A DNA stretch of 64,000 bases from Eledone cirrhosa (lineage: Eukaryota): NCBI GenBank assembly GCA_964016885.1, contig OZ024750.1:39184001-39248000 (forward strand), in the 5' to 3' direction. The notes beneath the pieces were generated by a model, which was not told the DNA's origin, searched no databases, and was given only the letters and a program-made list of their open reading frames with translations. Made by a program: the position numbers and the translations under genes. Positions 41,756-54,245 of this stretch are shown piece by piece; the stretch's first letter is position 1; every line of letters begins with the position of its first letter.

Positions 41756-42301
41756 ATGTTTGTGTGTGAGTTTGTCTCTTCTCTTCACATCCAACATTGC
41801 AGGTGGTGATATTTGTTTATATTCTGCATAGAAAGCGATCCCAGTTAGATAGATGATGTGAAGATGTGTATCTTATTAACAAGGAAGGGTATCTAGTGGT
41901 AGATTTCTCTCTCAAAAGTCTCATCCAACCCATGCCAGCATAGAAAAACACAAGATAAAGATGGCTGGAACATCTTTGATCATAGTTCTACTTAATCAGG
42001 TCCGTCTTGAGGCTCAACAACTGATTATTTCTAGAGGTTTTGTAATTATAATTGAAGGAAACAGCGTACCTGTCCTAAACTGGATACACAAGGTTGTAAT
42101 TATCTATATTAGAAATATTCCAGTTATAGTTGACATCATCATCATCATTGTTTAATGTCCATTTTCCACATTTGTATGGGTTAGACAATAAATTAATATA
42201 GGTAAAATAGATATATTTAACCATTGAAAGTTACCATAGTTATAATGTTAGACTCTGCCTGTAATTTTGAACTTATTTAAGCTTGACTTCTACCTTTTCA
42301 G

Positions 42302-42522
42302 GCTATGTATTAAAGCAGTGTTGGATGTCAAATGGAGAGAGCTATCCAGTGAAAATACATGTCGACAGAAGTTCCGAGAAACTGTGGACGCTGTCCACAC
42401 TCAGTTGGAACGGTTCAACTATGGACAGTTCCAGCTGATTAAGAACTTAATGGAGACACACTGGGATCATCCAACTCTTAGCCGGATGATGGCTGGTGCT
42501 GATGATCTTGAAGAAAGTGAAG
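42302..42522 (+). CDS. ZNF292-like: ZNF292-family gene exon, N-terminal helical domain
   Basis: ttttcag acceptor and G|gtaaat donor. LCIKAVL...HWDHPTLSRMM resembles, from memory, the WKNPVL region of ZNF292/RLF. Confidence 0.85.
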
Positions 42523-42825
42523 GTAAATTTGTGTATCAGTTGTCATTTAATAAACTTTTCTTTGTCAGTCACATCCTTCAAAACCTGTCAAATGTAAAAT
42601 ATTTACATCTGATATAGAGATTGGTTACGTCTCCATCGAAAAGCTGTGATTCAGCTGTCTAATTTAAGACTAAGAGTTGTCATGGTGCCTTGGATTAATG
42701 GAAAGTACCTATCTGGTATCTGAGAGATATGGGGTTTGATTCCTCATAGCAGCTGATGGCAACTTCTTTACCATTTTTAAGGGTCTTCATTCTATTTTAT
42801 ATCATCTCCGTGCATGTGCACTCCA

Positions 42826-42874
<49 letters not shown>

Positions 42875-42919
42875 TTGCAAGGTTTTTGATATGAAATTGT
42901 GTGTTGAAACAAATATTGC

Positions 42920-43089
42920 TATATTTGGGGAGGGTCATATTGTTATAATATTGCCAGAAATAATAATAAAACATTATCACTGTTTGGTTTGAATTGGTTT
43001 TCACTTCTGTGAAAACCAATCCAAACCAAACAGTATGTTTTATTATTATTTCTGGTAATAGTATAACAATATGACCCTCCCCAAATATA
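42920..43089. repeat. Intronic fold-back island between (TA)n tracts
   Basis: atatttggggagggtcatattgttata ... tataacaatatgaccctccccaaatat, centred on ttttcac ttct gtgaaaa. Confidence 0.85.
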
Positions 43090-43600
43090 ACAATATATAT
43101 ATACACGCGCACACACACATACATTATTTTTTAAATATCTTTAATAGTAAGTCTCCCACTGTAAGAGATTAGTGTCTTATCCAGGGACTGTAATCTCAGT
43201 TGTTTAATGCCACATAAAACCAAGTTAATCTCCTGCCTGATGAGCTTCTCATTTCAAGAAAGACTTAATAACAAAATTAATTAAATTCACCAAAAGAATT
43301 GGTTTCTTTTTTGTTTGTAAAAGATTTCAAAATTGCTTTACTTAGCTTCAAAATTTCAGAAACTTTATATGACAGCTGCAAAATAATTAATATTTAATTA
43401 AAATATAGCATTAGATATAGTGTAAAATTTGTCTCTGATATATTCTAAAAAGATAAAACTACATTTTATTTATGTTTTTTTTAAACATTTCAGTGAAAAT
43501 TATTTCTATGCAAAAGACTAAACAACTTCATTGTTATGAAAATATTTCAAAGTTGAATTTTATTTAAGTCTCGTGACAATTTACTGTTTCTTCCTTTTAG

Positions 43601-43803
43601 TAATGGAATACTTTGCTGACGAAGACCCCATGGTGCTAAAAGTCCGAGTTGAGATGTTGTTGGATGAAAATTGTGAAGAATTTGCAATGAATCTTTGTAG
43701 ATGGTGCTTTCTTCATCCAGCACTTGTTGACAATGTGCAGATCCGTGAGACTCAACTCTTAATGCTTTACCGTTCTGCAAATGTAGAAAAACTACAAGAA
43801 GAT
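43601..43803 (+). CDS. ZNF292-like: ZNF292-family gene exon
   Basis: cttttag acceptor and GAT|gtaagc donor. VMEYFADEDPMVLKVRVEMLL...AMNLCRWCFLHP resembles ZNF292 EFLAFEGPILLDMRIKHL...LAKLCSDHP. The phase-1 join with the previous exon restores Val. Confidence 0.88.
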
Positions 43804-44102
43804 GTAAGCTGAAGATATATATTTTTTTTGTTCTTTTTTACTCTTGTACTGGTTTCAGTCCTCAGATCGTGTCCCTGCTGTGACGTCATCTTAAAGGGGA
43901 TTTAGTTCTTGTACTGCTTTCAGTCCTAAGACTGAGTCCCTGCTGTGACACTGTCATAAAAGGGATTTAGTTCTTGTATCGGTTTCAGTCCTAAAACTAA
44001 GTCCCTGCTGTGACACTGTCATAAAAGGGATTTAGTCGGTCTTATTAACCCCAGTATTTATTTTATTGCTCTCTTCTTTTTTTTAAAAGTCAAATTGCCA
44101 AG

Positions 44103-44330
44103 TTAACCTTTCAGTATTTAAACCGGCTGTATCCGGCCAGAATTCTCTCACCTCTTTCTGTTCAAACCAGCTGTAATTGGCCACTCATACTGATGTTAAG
44201 GTATTGTTCTCAAAATAAATAATATCAAAATCTCATAGATTCAATATTATGTGAGATAATTATGTGAGGTAAAGCCTTTATCGTGAAAATACAATAGTAT
44301 GTATAGAGTAATGCAAATGCTAAAGGTTAA
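44103..44330. mobile_element. piggyBac-like MITE (also about 254-419, 2751-3089 and 4085-4497)
   Basis: Ends TTAA-CC(C)TTT ... AAAG(G)G-TTAA, with a conserved internal sequence across copies. Confidence 0.7.
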
Positions 44331-45075
44331 GGGATGTAAACACATACATCGATGCAAGGAAACACTCACACACACGCGCACATTTATACACTCTTACATA
44401 TATATGTGGTGTAAGTAATGGTTTCTGATTTAGGCACAAGGCCAGCAATTTGTGGAAGAAGGGAAAGTCAATTATATCAACCCCAGTACTTAACTGGTAC
44501 TTGGTTTTATCAACTTTGGAACGATTAAAGGCAAAGTTAATCTCCGCATGACTTCAACTCAGAACATTAAAGGGCTGTAACTAAATACATGTCCAGTACT
44601 AATGACCTTACCAATCCCCCACCCCCTCCAGTACTAATAACTCTACTAAAGAGTCCTCTCTACCTTTTCAAGATTAGGATGGAGAAGGTGAGAAGGGTGA
44701 TAGGTGTATCGTGGGTAATTAACAAGAAGTGTGGAGGGTGACAAGCTTGTGATGTGTTGGTGAAGAAGTGTCATGGATGTATGACAGGTTTGGTGGAGTG
44801 TGAAGGTGATAAATGACAACTCCATGAGTTCCATCCAGAAGTGTTGGCAGGTCTCGACAGTAAATTTTATCAAAATATCACTTTTATATTATTTTGAACA
44901 AATTTTTGCAAAATGCATAAGTTAGCATATAATCCAGCCTAGATCAGTAAAACACCAAAAATGGTGCTAGTACTTGTAGAGTTAACAGAGTTATTGGTAG
45001 CAACTAATTCTATTTGTATTTCCTTCACATCTTCATCCTCTCTACATCACTCCTTCTGTCTTTGAGTCTTGAGAT

Positions 45076-45144
45076 CAGCGTTTCTCAACCAATGTTCCCT
45101 GGAGCCCTAGGGTTCCACAAGGGTAAAAGGGTTGAGAAATGGTG
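45076..45144. mobile_element. hAT/Charlie-like mini-MITE of about 70 bp
   Basis: CAGCGTTTCTCAACC ... GGTTGAGAAATGGTG. Confidence 0.55.
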
Positions 45145-45350
45145 GTGTCATCACCTTTGAGAGGTACAATTGGACATGGTCAGCTTTTATCACCTCGTCC
45201 CAAGTCTTCCTAGGTCTCCTCACTCCACGGCTTCCATCGACTTTGAACTGTCTGCACCTTTTTATACAACTGCTATCCTTCATACACATCACATGTCCAT
45301 ACCAGTGCAATCTCCTCTCCTGCACACTGCATCTGATTCCTCTTATGATG
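45145..45350 (-). mobile_element. RTE LINE 3' fragment
   Basis: QERRLHWYGHVMCM...RRPRKTWDEVI. Confidence 0.8.
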
Positions 45351-45432
45351 TTAAATTCAAATGCGTTTTTTTTTTATCATTAAAAGACATGTTTAATTTT
45401 TGTTCTTTCTTTTTTACCTTCTTCAATTTCAG

Positions 45433-45579
45433 TGTTCAAAAATCTCTTGTGACATGGCAGTAGAAATCATCAAGAACTTACAAGATTGTGAAGCACAACA
45501 GGGTTTTTGTGTAATGATAGCTCAAACATTTCTTGTGCAGAATTGGTTGCGTGGAGTGTCTGCTGATAATGGCACCAAG
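45433..45579 (+). CDS. ZNF292-like: ZNF292-family gene exon
   Basis: tttcag acceptor and AAG|gtatgt donor, 147 nt, phase 0/0. CSKISCDMAVEIIKNL...AQTFLVQNW resembles ISEVDCKDALEMICNL...CTAFLSRQL. Confidence 0.88.
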
Positions 45580-46445
45580 GTATGTTAGTATTGAGAGGTT
45601 CTGTCGCAAATACAACTTCTTCCTTAGTCGGTGTTTAAGATAAAATGCTCCCAGTACACTCTGTAAAGTGGTTAGTGTTATGCAGGGCATCCAGTAAGAA
45701 ATTATGCCAAAGTGTTGAGAGGTCACTTCAGTTGTGTCTAGGGTGTAACAACTTCCATATTGCTGGTACCATGATCAAATGCACCCAGTACACTGTGTTG
45801 TGTGGTCAACATTAGAAAGGGTATCCATCTGTAGAAATCCTGCTCACAGTTTCTCACCATTACCACCTATTTCTTCCTCTTACCTCTCTCTCTGGCGGAA
45901 CCACATCTAGCCCAGCTTTGTAACTGACACTTTTGTGGACACAAGAAGAACTGTACATTGGATAATATAGTCCTAGATACACTATTCCTGATAGCCACTA
46001 ATACTAACTACTGTACTGTATGTGCAAAAGTCACTCTTGCAAAATGGGGATATTTAAAAGATGGGGACGTTGTGTGTGGCTGCAGCATTGAACGACAGAC
46101 TACACAGCACCACGTGATATGCCCCCTGCTGGGACAGCGTTGGATTTGGAAGAGTTTAATGAGAAAGGACAGCAACGTGTTCAGCTATGGTGGAACCACA
46201 TCTAGCCAAGCTCTGTAACTGACACTCTTGTGGACACGACAAGAAGAACCTCTCACCTCTCACCTCTTCTCTTCCTATTTCATCACCCTAGTTCCTGCCT
46301 CCTTCTTCTTTCTCACTGATGTCTAACTGTTAAAATTCCTTATTTAATAATTGTTTCTACTTTTGGCACAAGGCCAGCAAATACCCAGTGCATTACTGGT
46401 ACTTTATTTATAATTCCTTATTTAATAATCCGTGTCCATTTGCAG

Positions 46446-46586
46446 ACATTGTTGAAATTATGGATCCGACTGCAATACCTGGTTGACGGTGATCTGGACA
46501 AGTTTTCTGACAGTGTTTGGGCCATAGCCAAACTATCACAGCACACTGAACAAATAACATTCCTTGTGGAGTCACTGCGAGAAGAG
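46446..46586 (+). CDS. ZNF292-like: ZNF292-family gene exon
   Basis: tttgcag acceptor and GAG|gtatgt donor, 141 nt, phase 0/0. LLKLWIRLQYLVD...QITFLVESLREE resembles LTLFWSKLQQRVE...HIFFLIKVINSE. Confidence 0.88.
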
Positions 46587-46629
46587 GTATGTGGTCTTTA
46601 CAGATATTTATATAGAAGGAACTTCCTTT

Positions 46630-47525
46630 CGCTCTCTCTCTCTCCCCTCTATTTCTTCTCTATCTATCTCTCTTATCTCTCTTCTCTATCTATCTCTCTT
46701 ATCTCTCTTCTCTCTCTATCTTATCTCTCTCTATCTTATCTCTCTCTCTTCTCTCTCTATCTTATCTCTCTCTCTTCTCTCTCTATCTTATCTCTCTCTC
46801 TTCTCTCTCTATCTTATCTCTCTCTCCCTCTCTTATCTCTCTTTCTTCTCTCTCCCTCTCTTATCTCTCTTTCTTCTCTCTCCCTCTCTTATCTCTCTTT
46901 CTTCTCTCTCCCTCTCTTATCTCTCTTTCTTCTCTCTCCCTCTCTTATCTCTCTTTCTTCTCTCTCTCCTCTCTCTCTCTCTTCTCTCTCTCTCTTCTCT
47001 CTCTATCTCATCTCTCTCTCTCTTTCCCTCTCTCTCTCCATCTCTCTCTCTCTCTCCATCTCTCTCTCTCCATCTCTCTCTCTCCATCTCTCTCTCTCTC
47101 TCCATCTCTCTCTCTCCATCTCTCTCTCCATCTTTCTCCATCTCTCTCTCTCCATCTCTCTCTCTCCATCTTTCTCCATCTCTCTCTCTCCTCTCTCTCT
47201 CCTCTCTCCTCTCTCTCTCCTCTCTCCTCTCTCTCCTCTCTCCTCTCTCTCCTCTCTCCTCTCTCTCTCTCCTCTCTCTCTCTCCTCTCTCTCTCCTCTC
47301 TCTCTCTCTTCTCTCTCTCTCTCTTCTCTCTCTCTCTCTTCTCTCCTCTCTCATCTCTTCTCTCTCTCTCATCTCTCTCTCTTCTCTCTCATCTCTTCTC
47401 TCTCTCTCATCTCTCTCATCTCATCTCTCTCTCTTCTCTCTCTGATACTCAACAATCTTCTCTCCAACTCCTTTCATTCTTTTTCTCTTTATCTCTCTCT
47501 CTCCTCTCTCTCTCTCTTTCTTTCT
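46630..47525. repeat. Polypyrimidine (CT-rich) tract of about 900 bp in an intron
   Basis: Almost purine-free + strand. Confidence 0.95.
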
Positions 47526-47644
47526 TTGCAGTAAATCTTCAATCTCTATAACTATTTGTTTTATTCTCCTCTTCTTTCCTATCTAATGTCATTTTTAGAA
47601 TTTATTATTTTTTATTCCTGATGTTTGTTTTTTCTGTTTTCTAG

Positions 47645-50600
47645 GCTGGAGATACATTTCTGCAATTAAACACCAATTTGTGTATCTATGCTTTCAATTT
47701 GGACAAAGGTTGCTTAGAACAAGCTGTTGCAGATAAGGATATGGAGTTGATTCTTTGCCGAAATGTAGCACTTTCCAAAACCAGCCAAATGATCATGAAT
47801 CTTTATGATGGACTCAGTCAAAAACTGGCTAAACTCTCAGGACTCACAGCTTTTGCCCTCGATCCTAGTGAAGAAAATTTTGAGATTGTCTACTCTATAT
47901 TCCATTCTAATAATAACAACAAAAATAATGCAGCTTCTTCGGGTGGCAGCGGTTCCAGCAACCATCATCATGATGACGACATTGACAGTAGCAGCCCGAA
48001 TAAGTATGTGAACAAACTTACCAACATGCTTGATGGCTTGCACGTAAGTCCAACAAAAGAGAGTAAAAAATTGAAGGAGAAACATCGATCACAACGTAAC
48101 CGGCACTCTATGTCTCATCGGACTGTCGACAACGTAGAATACTGCAACCTGGCCGTCAATCCAGCTAATCTCTATGAAATAGAACGGTTGCTCAATAATA
48201 TCTGTCCTTTTCACCTGGATATTGAAATGTCGTTTAGTGATCTGCATGCCATGTGTATGGAACACCTGACACAGCATCAAGAGATGTTGATGGTTCTTCA
48301 TGAAGAAAGCACCGATGAATGTAGCGAATTCTCTAACTTTGAGGAGGAGCAACACCTCCCTGATGCTGCAGTTCAGAATAATGTAGAAGTAGGTACTACC
48401 TTTAATGAACATTGTTCTCAAGAACATCTTAACTCTAATGTAATTTTACCATCACCACCTCCTCCTCCCCCTCCCCCTCCTCCTCCTCCCCCTCCTCCTC
48501 CTCCTCCACAAACACTAACTGCACCACCACCACCACCACCACCAGCAGTAGTAGCAGCAACAACAACAACAACAACAACAATATCACAAGAAAATTGCAG
48601 TGAAATGGGTGAGAATTCCATAGGAGGGTATCAGGTTGGAATACAAGAAGAACCCCAGTGTACCTGTGGTTTTCCCAAAAGCTGCCAGGTAACCGAAGAG
48701 GTTTGTAATTGCAAACAGAATCTCCCCAAAACTAGTTGTCATTTGAATCAAAACTATCCAAACAGTATCTCTAATAGAAACCTCTTTGAGGCTTTTAACA
48801 AAGATTTGTCGACAAAATCCTATAATATTCAGCCAAGGGATCATCGGCATTCACTGTCAGAGGCCTCTAACGTTCAAAATAGTTGTGAGAGGGACATTAA
48901 AAAGCGACAGGCGAGTCACTGCAGTGGCTTCGCTAACTGTGGGTCATCAGCTTTAGGCACATGCAGTTGTGATAGATCTGTCAGTGTCCACACATGCCTC
49001 TCTTTTGAAAGCCAGATTGATTTTTCCAACATTGGTGACAATTCCTCTCCTTCCTCGTTGATGCAGCAAACTCAACATGTTCCTGAGAAACTGCATAAAG
49101 CTCGATCAAAGGATGTTCACTGCTGTTGTAATAAGTCATTACCTGCTGTTGATGCCAGTATCAATGTTACTACACCCTGCAAGTGTATAAGTAAAAAAAA
49201 ATCAGGAAAAAAGTCGGACAAGTCTTCAAAATGTGATAAAAGCCTTCAGCAAACCTCTGAAATGAAAGACTACAAAGATAGTTCGTCAAAAACTGCCTAT
49301 GTTTGTCGAGGTATTAACGAGGATAAAGTGAGCACAGAAATCCCCTCTACTGATCGTTTGCTTGAGAAACTTCAATCATGCATATCATCACTGACTGGAA
49401 ATAACTCAGGTTGTTCAACTGAAAAGTTTTTCCTCTCTAAAATAGAAAAATCTTACATTGACCGTTATTGTCAATTCCTAAAGTCTGTCAGCCAATTTGA
49501 AATGGCTTTACTCACCCAACAGAACAGCAAACCAACTTCAAGGCGGAGAAAAAATTATGTTGTGGTGTATCGCTGTGGAATATGTTGTGACTTCTTTGAC
49601 CAGGTTTCTGAACTGAAGAATCATATTCAGTCTATTTGTAAAGCTTCTGTCTCAGACCTTCAGAACCTAACTGAAGCAGCCACAATATTCTGTGCAAAGG
49701 ATTCTGCTCTCAGCAAAATTAAATTCTTCAAATGCCTTAAATGTTTGCAATACACATGCACTCGTAAGGAAATGGATGACCATTTGAGACTGTGTGGCGT
49801 ACCCCTAGTTAAGAAAACTTCCAAATCAACAAATTCTTCTTGTTTGGCAGAGAAAAGCCAAATACAGAAAAAACCCTCACTGAGTTTAGAGGATCCTAAA
49901 CCAAAGGCACCTGAAAAAGAAGTGCCTAAAAAGCAACAACAAGAAGTTCCTTGTGTTCCTGCAAGGGAAATAATAAGCGTCTCAAAGCCATCCATTTGCC
50001 CTACTGAGGAGCGTTCGATGATGACTACAGTCAACCGAGAAGGCTCTTCAAGTGATGTGACATCTCCAGTTATAAACGCCACCGTGGAGACAGCCCCAAT
50101 AAACACTGTCTTCAAATGTAAAGAAGAACAACTGGAGATTGACCCTGAAAACAAAGAGGATAAAAAACCCAAAATTAAACAAACAAGTGAAGAATATTTC
50201 AAGTGTCAGATCTGCAGCCGGCTGCTGCTTGGCCCACATCGACTCAGACTCCACCAGGAGGCTTGTAAGAAAAGAGGAGATATCAGAAGACGTATAAAAA
50301 AGACAAATCTTGCAAAACCTTTAGTCGGTATGAAGACGGAAGTTGTGACATCTGACTCCCAAGAGATGGAAGATTCTGCTTCACAAGCAGAAAATAAGTC
50401 AAATATGGAGAACGCAACCAGTGTGAACCAAGCAACTGTGACGAGTGATTGCAAAACAGAAGATACATCTTCTGTTGCAGCAAACTTGCCCCAGCCAGAA
50501 AAACCTAAACACTGTCCTGATTGTGAACGCATTATCAAGTTACGGAAAGTCTCCCAACAGCTGAGCTTATCAGAAATTTCAATTAAAACTGAGCCCACTG

Positions 50601-52091
50601 AAACTATTGACAAAAACAACTCCCGTTCCGTTTGCAGCGAAGAAGAAATCCCTAATCAGCTAAATGGTTCTGTGCAGAATTCCTCAAAAGACCATCAGGA
50701 AGTAGAGAGTAAAGCTGCCAAAACAGATCAACCAGCAACTAGCTGTAATGGAAACAATATCAATAATGATGAATGCATTAAGAGAACGATGCTTCAGATT
50801 AAGTCAGAAATGGAAAATCAGCAATTTTTCCCAAGGAAACCAGGGGCAAAATCTGATAAATCTTTGCAAGAGTCTCCTCCCCCTGAGGCTAGTAAAGCTA
50901 GTAGTGAGACCAGCGAGACAAAGGCCATTGTGAATGATTATAATCTGTTACCCTTTGGCGAGGGCACTCTGACAGTGTCCCCGAATAGATCAACGCGTAT
51001 TTTATCACCATATTGCCGAAAATGTGATTTCCACTTCCGCAATCGTTCTAATTTTGTAAAACACCTTGCCATTACTCATCTCCAACCATACACTAAGAAA
51101 AACGTCTCTGAACTCAACTCAACTACAGTGATATTTACTTGTCTCTTTTGTCAGATTCCGTTTCGAGTTTGGTTTAAATACATCAATCACATTCCCAACC
51201 ATGCCAATCACATTCTAACAGAATTGAACTGTCAATGGGTGGAGGAAATGTGTCAAGAAGACAAAACAGCAGTTGTTGGTGGCAAGGGATCCCAGAAAAA
51301 GGTAAAACTTGTATGGCCAGCACCAGGAGTAGAAATTGGCTCCTTTCTTAAAAGGAAACGGAGGAAACCATCGAAAAGGAAACATCGACCTGCAAGCTTA
51401 GGTAATATTTCCCAAAACACTATATCGAACTTTATGTCAGCTACCTGTGATGTTGATAATAAAACCAAAAAAGATATTTTGCAGCTTATGCACAGTCTTC
51501 TACAAAGTGTTGTTAACATCAATGATCGAGTTGTAGGCAGTGGTCGTAGGCGTGCCAAGAAGAAATCAGTGACACAGACAGCTGCTAAGTCATTGCCAGA
51601 ACCTTGTAAGTCAAGATTGTCACAAAACATTACTGCCAAAAATATCTTTGAAATGACAACCAATACAGTTGCAGCTCCATTGGGTGAAGTTGCTCAAAAG
51701 ACAACCTCATCTATTACTGAAGATCTAACGTTGAGTAAAACACCATTAGCAGTTGCTGATGATAAATCTATTGTATCTAAAGAATGCAGAGAATTATCTC
51801 TGGTGTCAGAAACAAACCGGACCAATCCATGTAATCTGATAATGGATATAAATGGTGGAAGTTCTACAAGTGTCGGTACAATGCCAGCTGGCAGCATCAT
51901 GAAATTTACTAATACAGAACCGTTAAGAAACATTGATGTGAAACCCTGTTTGTCGTCTGCAGTAGCTACCTCTCAGCCAACAGGCTCTTCTAAAGGCACC
52001 AATTTATCACTGGCAGAAGCTGCGAAAGCAGACATTTTGGATAACATTAAATTGGAATTTGATGAAAGCAGCCATGAACTGACAGTAAAAG
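47645..52091 (+). CDS. ZNF292-like: Giant 4447-nt exon of the ZNF292-family gene: end of N-terminal domain, poly-Pro and dispersed C2H2/C2HC zinc fingers
   Basis: ttttctag acceptor in frame with the 1476-aa ORF and G|gtaaga donor. LTAFALDPS resembles LSEFLIEPT. Fingers CGIC..H, CLKC..H, CQIC..H, CRKC..HLAITH and CLFC..HIPNH. Confidence 0.92.
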
Positions 52092-52139
52092 GTAAGATGA
52101 TGTCGTAATTCTCACCTATATCTTCTCTACACTTTCTCT

Positions 52140-52172
<33 letters not shown>

Positions 52173-52372
52173 GTATATGTATACATATATATATATATGT
52201 ATACATATATATATATATAAAGAATGAATAATAACAGGTAGACATCATAAAAAGGTAATTTATTCCGTGTGCTTACAAGTGTTTCCACGGTGGTACTGCA
52301 GCCTAGTTATGCTACGTGCAAATTCACAAGTACTTGCAGAACTCGAATATCCAATGCTGTGACCACTGTTTC

Positions 52373-52410
<38 letters not shown>

Positions 52411-52848
52411 AATAATATAAAAAAGATGCTGATATTACATAAATTGTTTATTCATCATAATTATTTCAATGGTTCCCTTATGCAACCCCACATGTAATAT
52501 ATACATTTGCTGTTGGTATGGGAGCGATACCTTCAGATGAAATATCCGATTATGGATATGATGCAGGCAAAAGAAACATGTCCTTCTGTCATGACCAGCA
52601 AACATATGAATTCCTAAAAGACTCTTTCCAGCTATTGTCTTCACAATTGGTAGATTCTCCTGCTTACTCCTGTTTTTCACCAAAACAACTTTTACTGAGA
52701 ATATATATATATAAATAAAATGGCAGGCTGTGTGGTTGCAATTAAGTATAATGAAAATAAAAGTTACGGGTGAAAGAGGGTAATATCCATCGTCAGTTGT
52801 CTGCTAGGAATCATAGGTATTTCTTTGCGTTAGAGACAACGCAAAGAA

Positions 52849-53160
52849 AAATTCTCAGACCAGGTGATGTGTGTTCAATTCTCAGACCGGGTGATGTGTT
52901 GTTTCCTTGAGCAAGACACTTTATTTCACATTGCTCCAGTTTACTCAGCTGTAGAAATGAGATGATAGGGACTGGGGTCCCTATCATTCCACTGCAAAGT
53001 GGTCGTGGAGGTGCCACGGCAAAAAAGAACCCAGCACCCACTGTAAATGAGGTTGGTGTTAGGAAGGGCATCCAGCTGTAGAAATCAAGCCAGAAACAGT
53101 TCCCGTCCCACCCTTGCAAGCAGGGAAAAGCGGACGTAAAATGATGATGCTGATGATGAT
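52849..53160 (+). mobile_element. CORE-type SINE, 5'-truncated with a short duplicated start
   Basis: aattctcagacc.ggtgatgtgt occurs twice, followed by the body and tail type 2. Confidence 0.88.
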
Positions 53161-53174
53161 TATATATATATATA

Positions 53175-53880
53175 TCATCATCATCATCTTACGTCCGCTC
53201 TTCCCTGCTTGCAAGGGTGGGACGGGTCTTATTCAGCACAGCATCTCTCCACTTGTCACGGTCCTTCGTCATCTCCACCGTGAGCTTCAGCGATCTGAGG
53301 TCTGTTCTCACCACTTCCGCCCATGTTTTTCATGGTCTACCACTACCATGTCTTCCTTCAACTGGCATTTCCTGGCACTTCTTCACCCATCGGTCATCCT
53401 CCATGCGCATCACATGTCCATACCACTTCAGTCTCCTCTCTCGCACACTACATTCTATCCCTCTCAGACACAGTTTCTCTCTCAACACATTCATGCTGGG
53501 TTGTTCACACACATCCAACGGAGCATGCTTGCCTCATTTCTCTCCAGCCGTCGCATATCCTCTGTAGTTGCTGCCCATGTCTCACTACCATGCGGCATTG
53601 CGCTCCTCACACAGGCATCATATAACCGGCCTTTTGTACGCAGGGAGAAACCCTTCTTCGTCAGCAGAGGAAGCAGCTCCCTAAACGTCTTCCAACCCGT
53701 CCTTATTCTAGATACTATGGCCTCGGAACACCCCCCTCCCATGCTAATCTGATCTCCTAGGTACCGGAAGCTATCCACCACTTCTATAGCACCCGCCTGC
53801 ATTTGAAAAATGTGTCTATCAATGCGCCTTCTACTGTCTAATTTCCCTGTACATCTACTGCATACATATTTCTCCCTACC
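53175..53880 (-). mobile_element. 5'-truncated RTE LINE, second subfamily
   Basis: CSRC..VVDSFRYLGDQIS...HGSETW...RRLKWYGHVMR, with a (GAT)n tail at 53175. Confidence 0.9.
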
Positions 53881-54245
53881 TATATATATATATATATATA
53901 ACGAAGGAAATGTGGTAAGGAACCAGATGGACCATAACGCACCAAAGTACTCAATACTTAGGGTAATAGAGTGGGTAATAGGAACAAGTATGACCCCGAT
54001 GGCAGAGCTCAAGCTATTTTGACGGTTAATTCAGTCCAGAATTAGCCGTCGAAACGGCTTGAGCTCTGCCGTCGGGGTCATACTTGTTCCTATATATATA
54101 TATATGATAATAAATAAGACAGTTATGTTAGTCCATTCCTATTTATTTTATAAACCGTTGAATGCTTGACATCTGTTATGTAAAAGTCAGCCGATTTTCA
54201 ATCAATCAACTTTCTCTAATTGAATTAATATATATATATATATAT

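Noticed and set aside
46587-47534. Leu/Ser-rich extension of the 364-aa ORF
   Set aside because: CT microsatellite in an intron. The true exon ends at the 46586 donor.
49660-51933. Antisense ORFs over the large exon (likewise over the RTE ORF)
   Set aside because: Shadow frames of real coding sequence.
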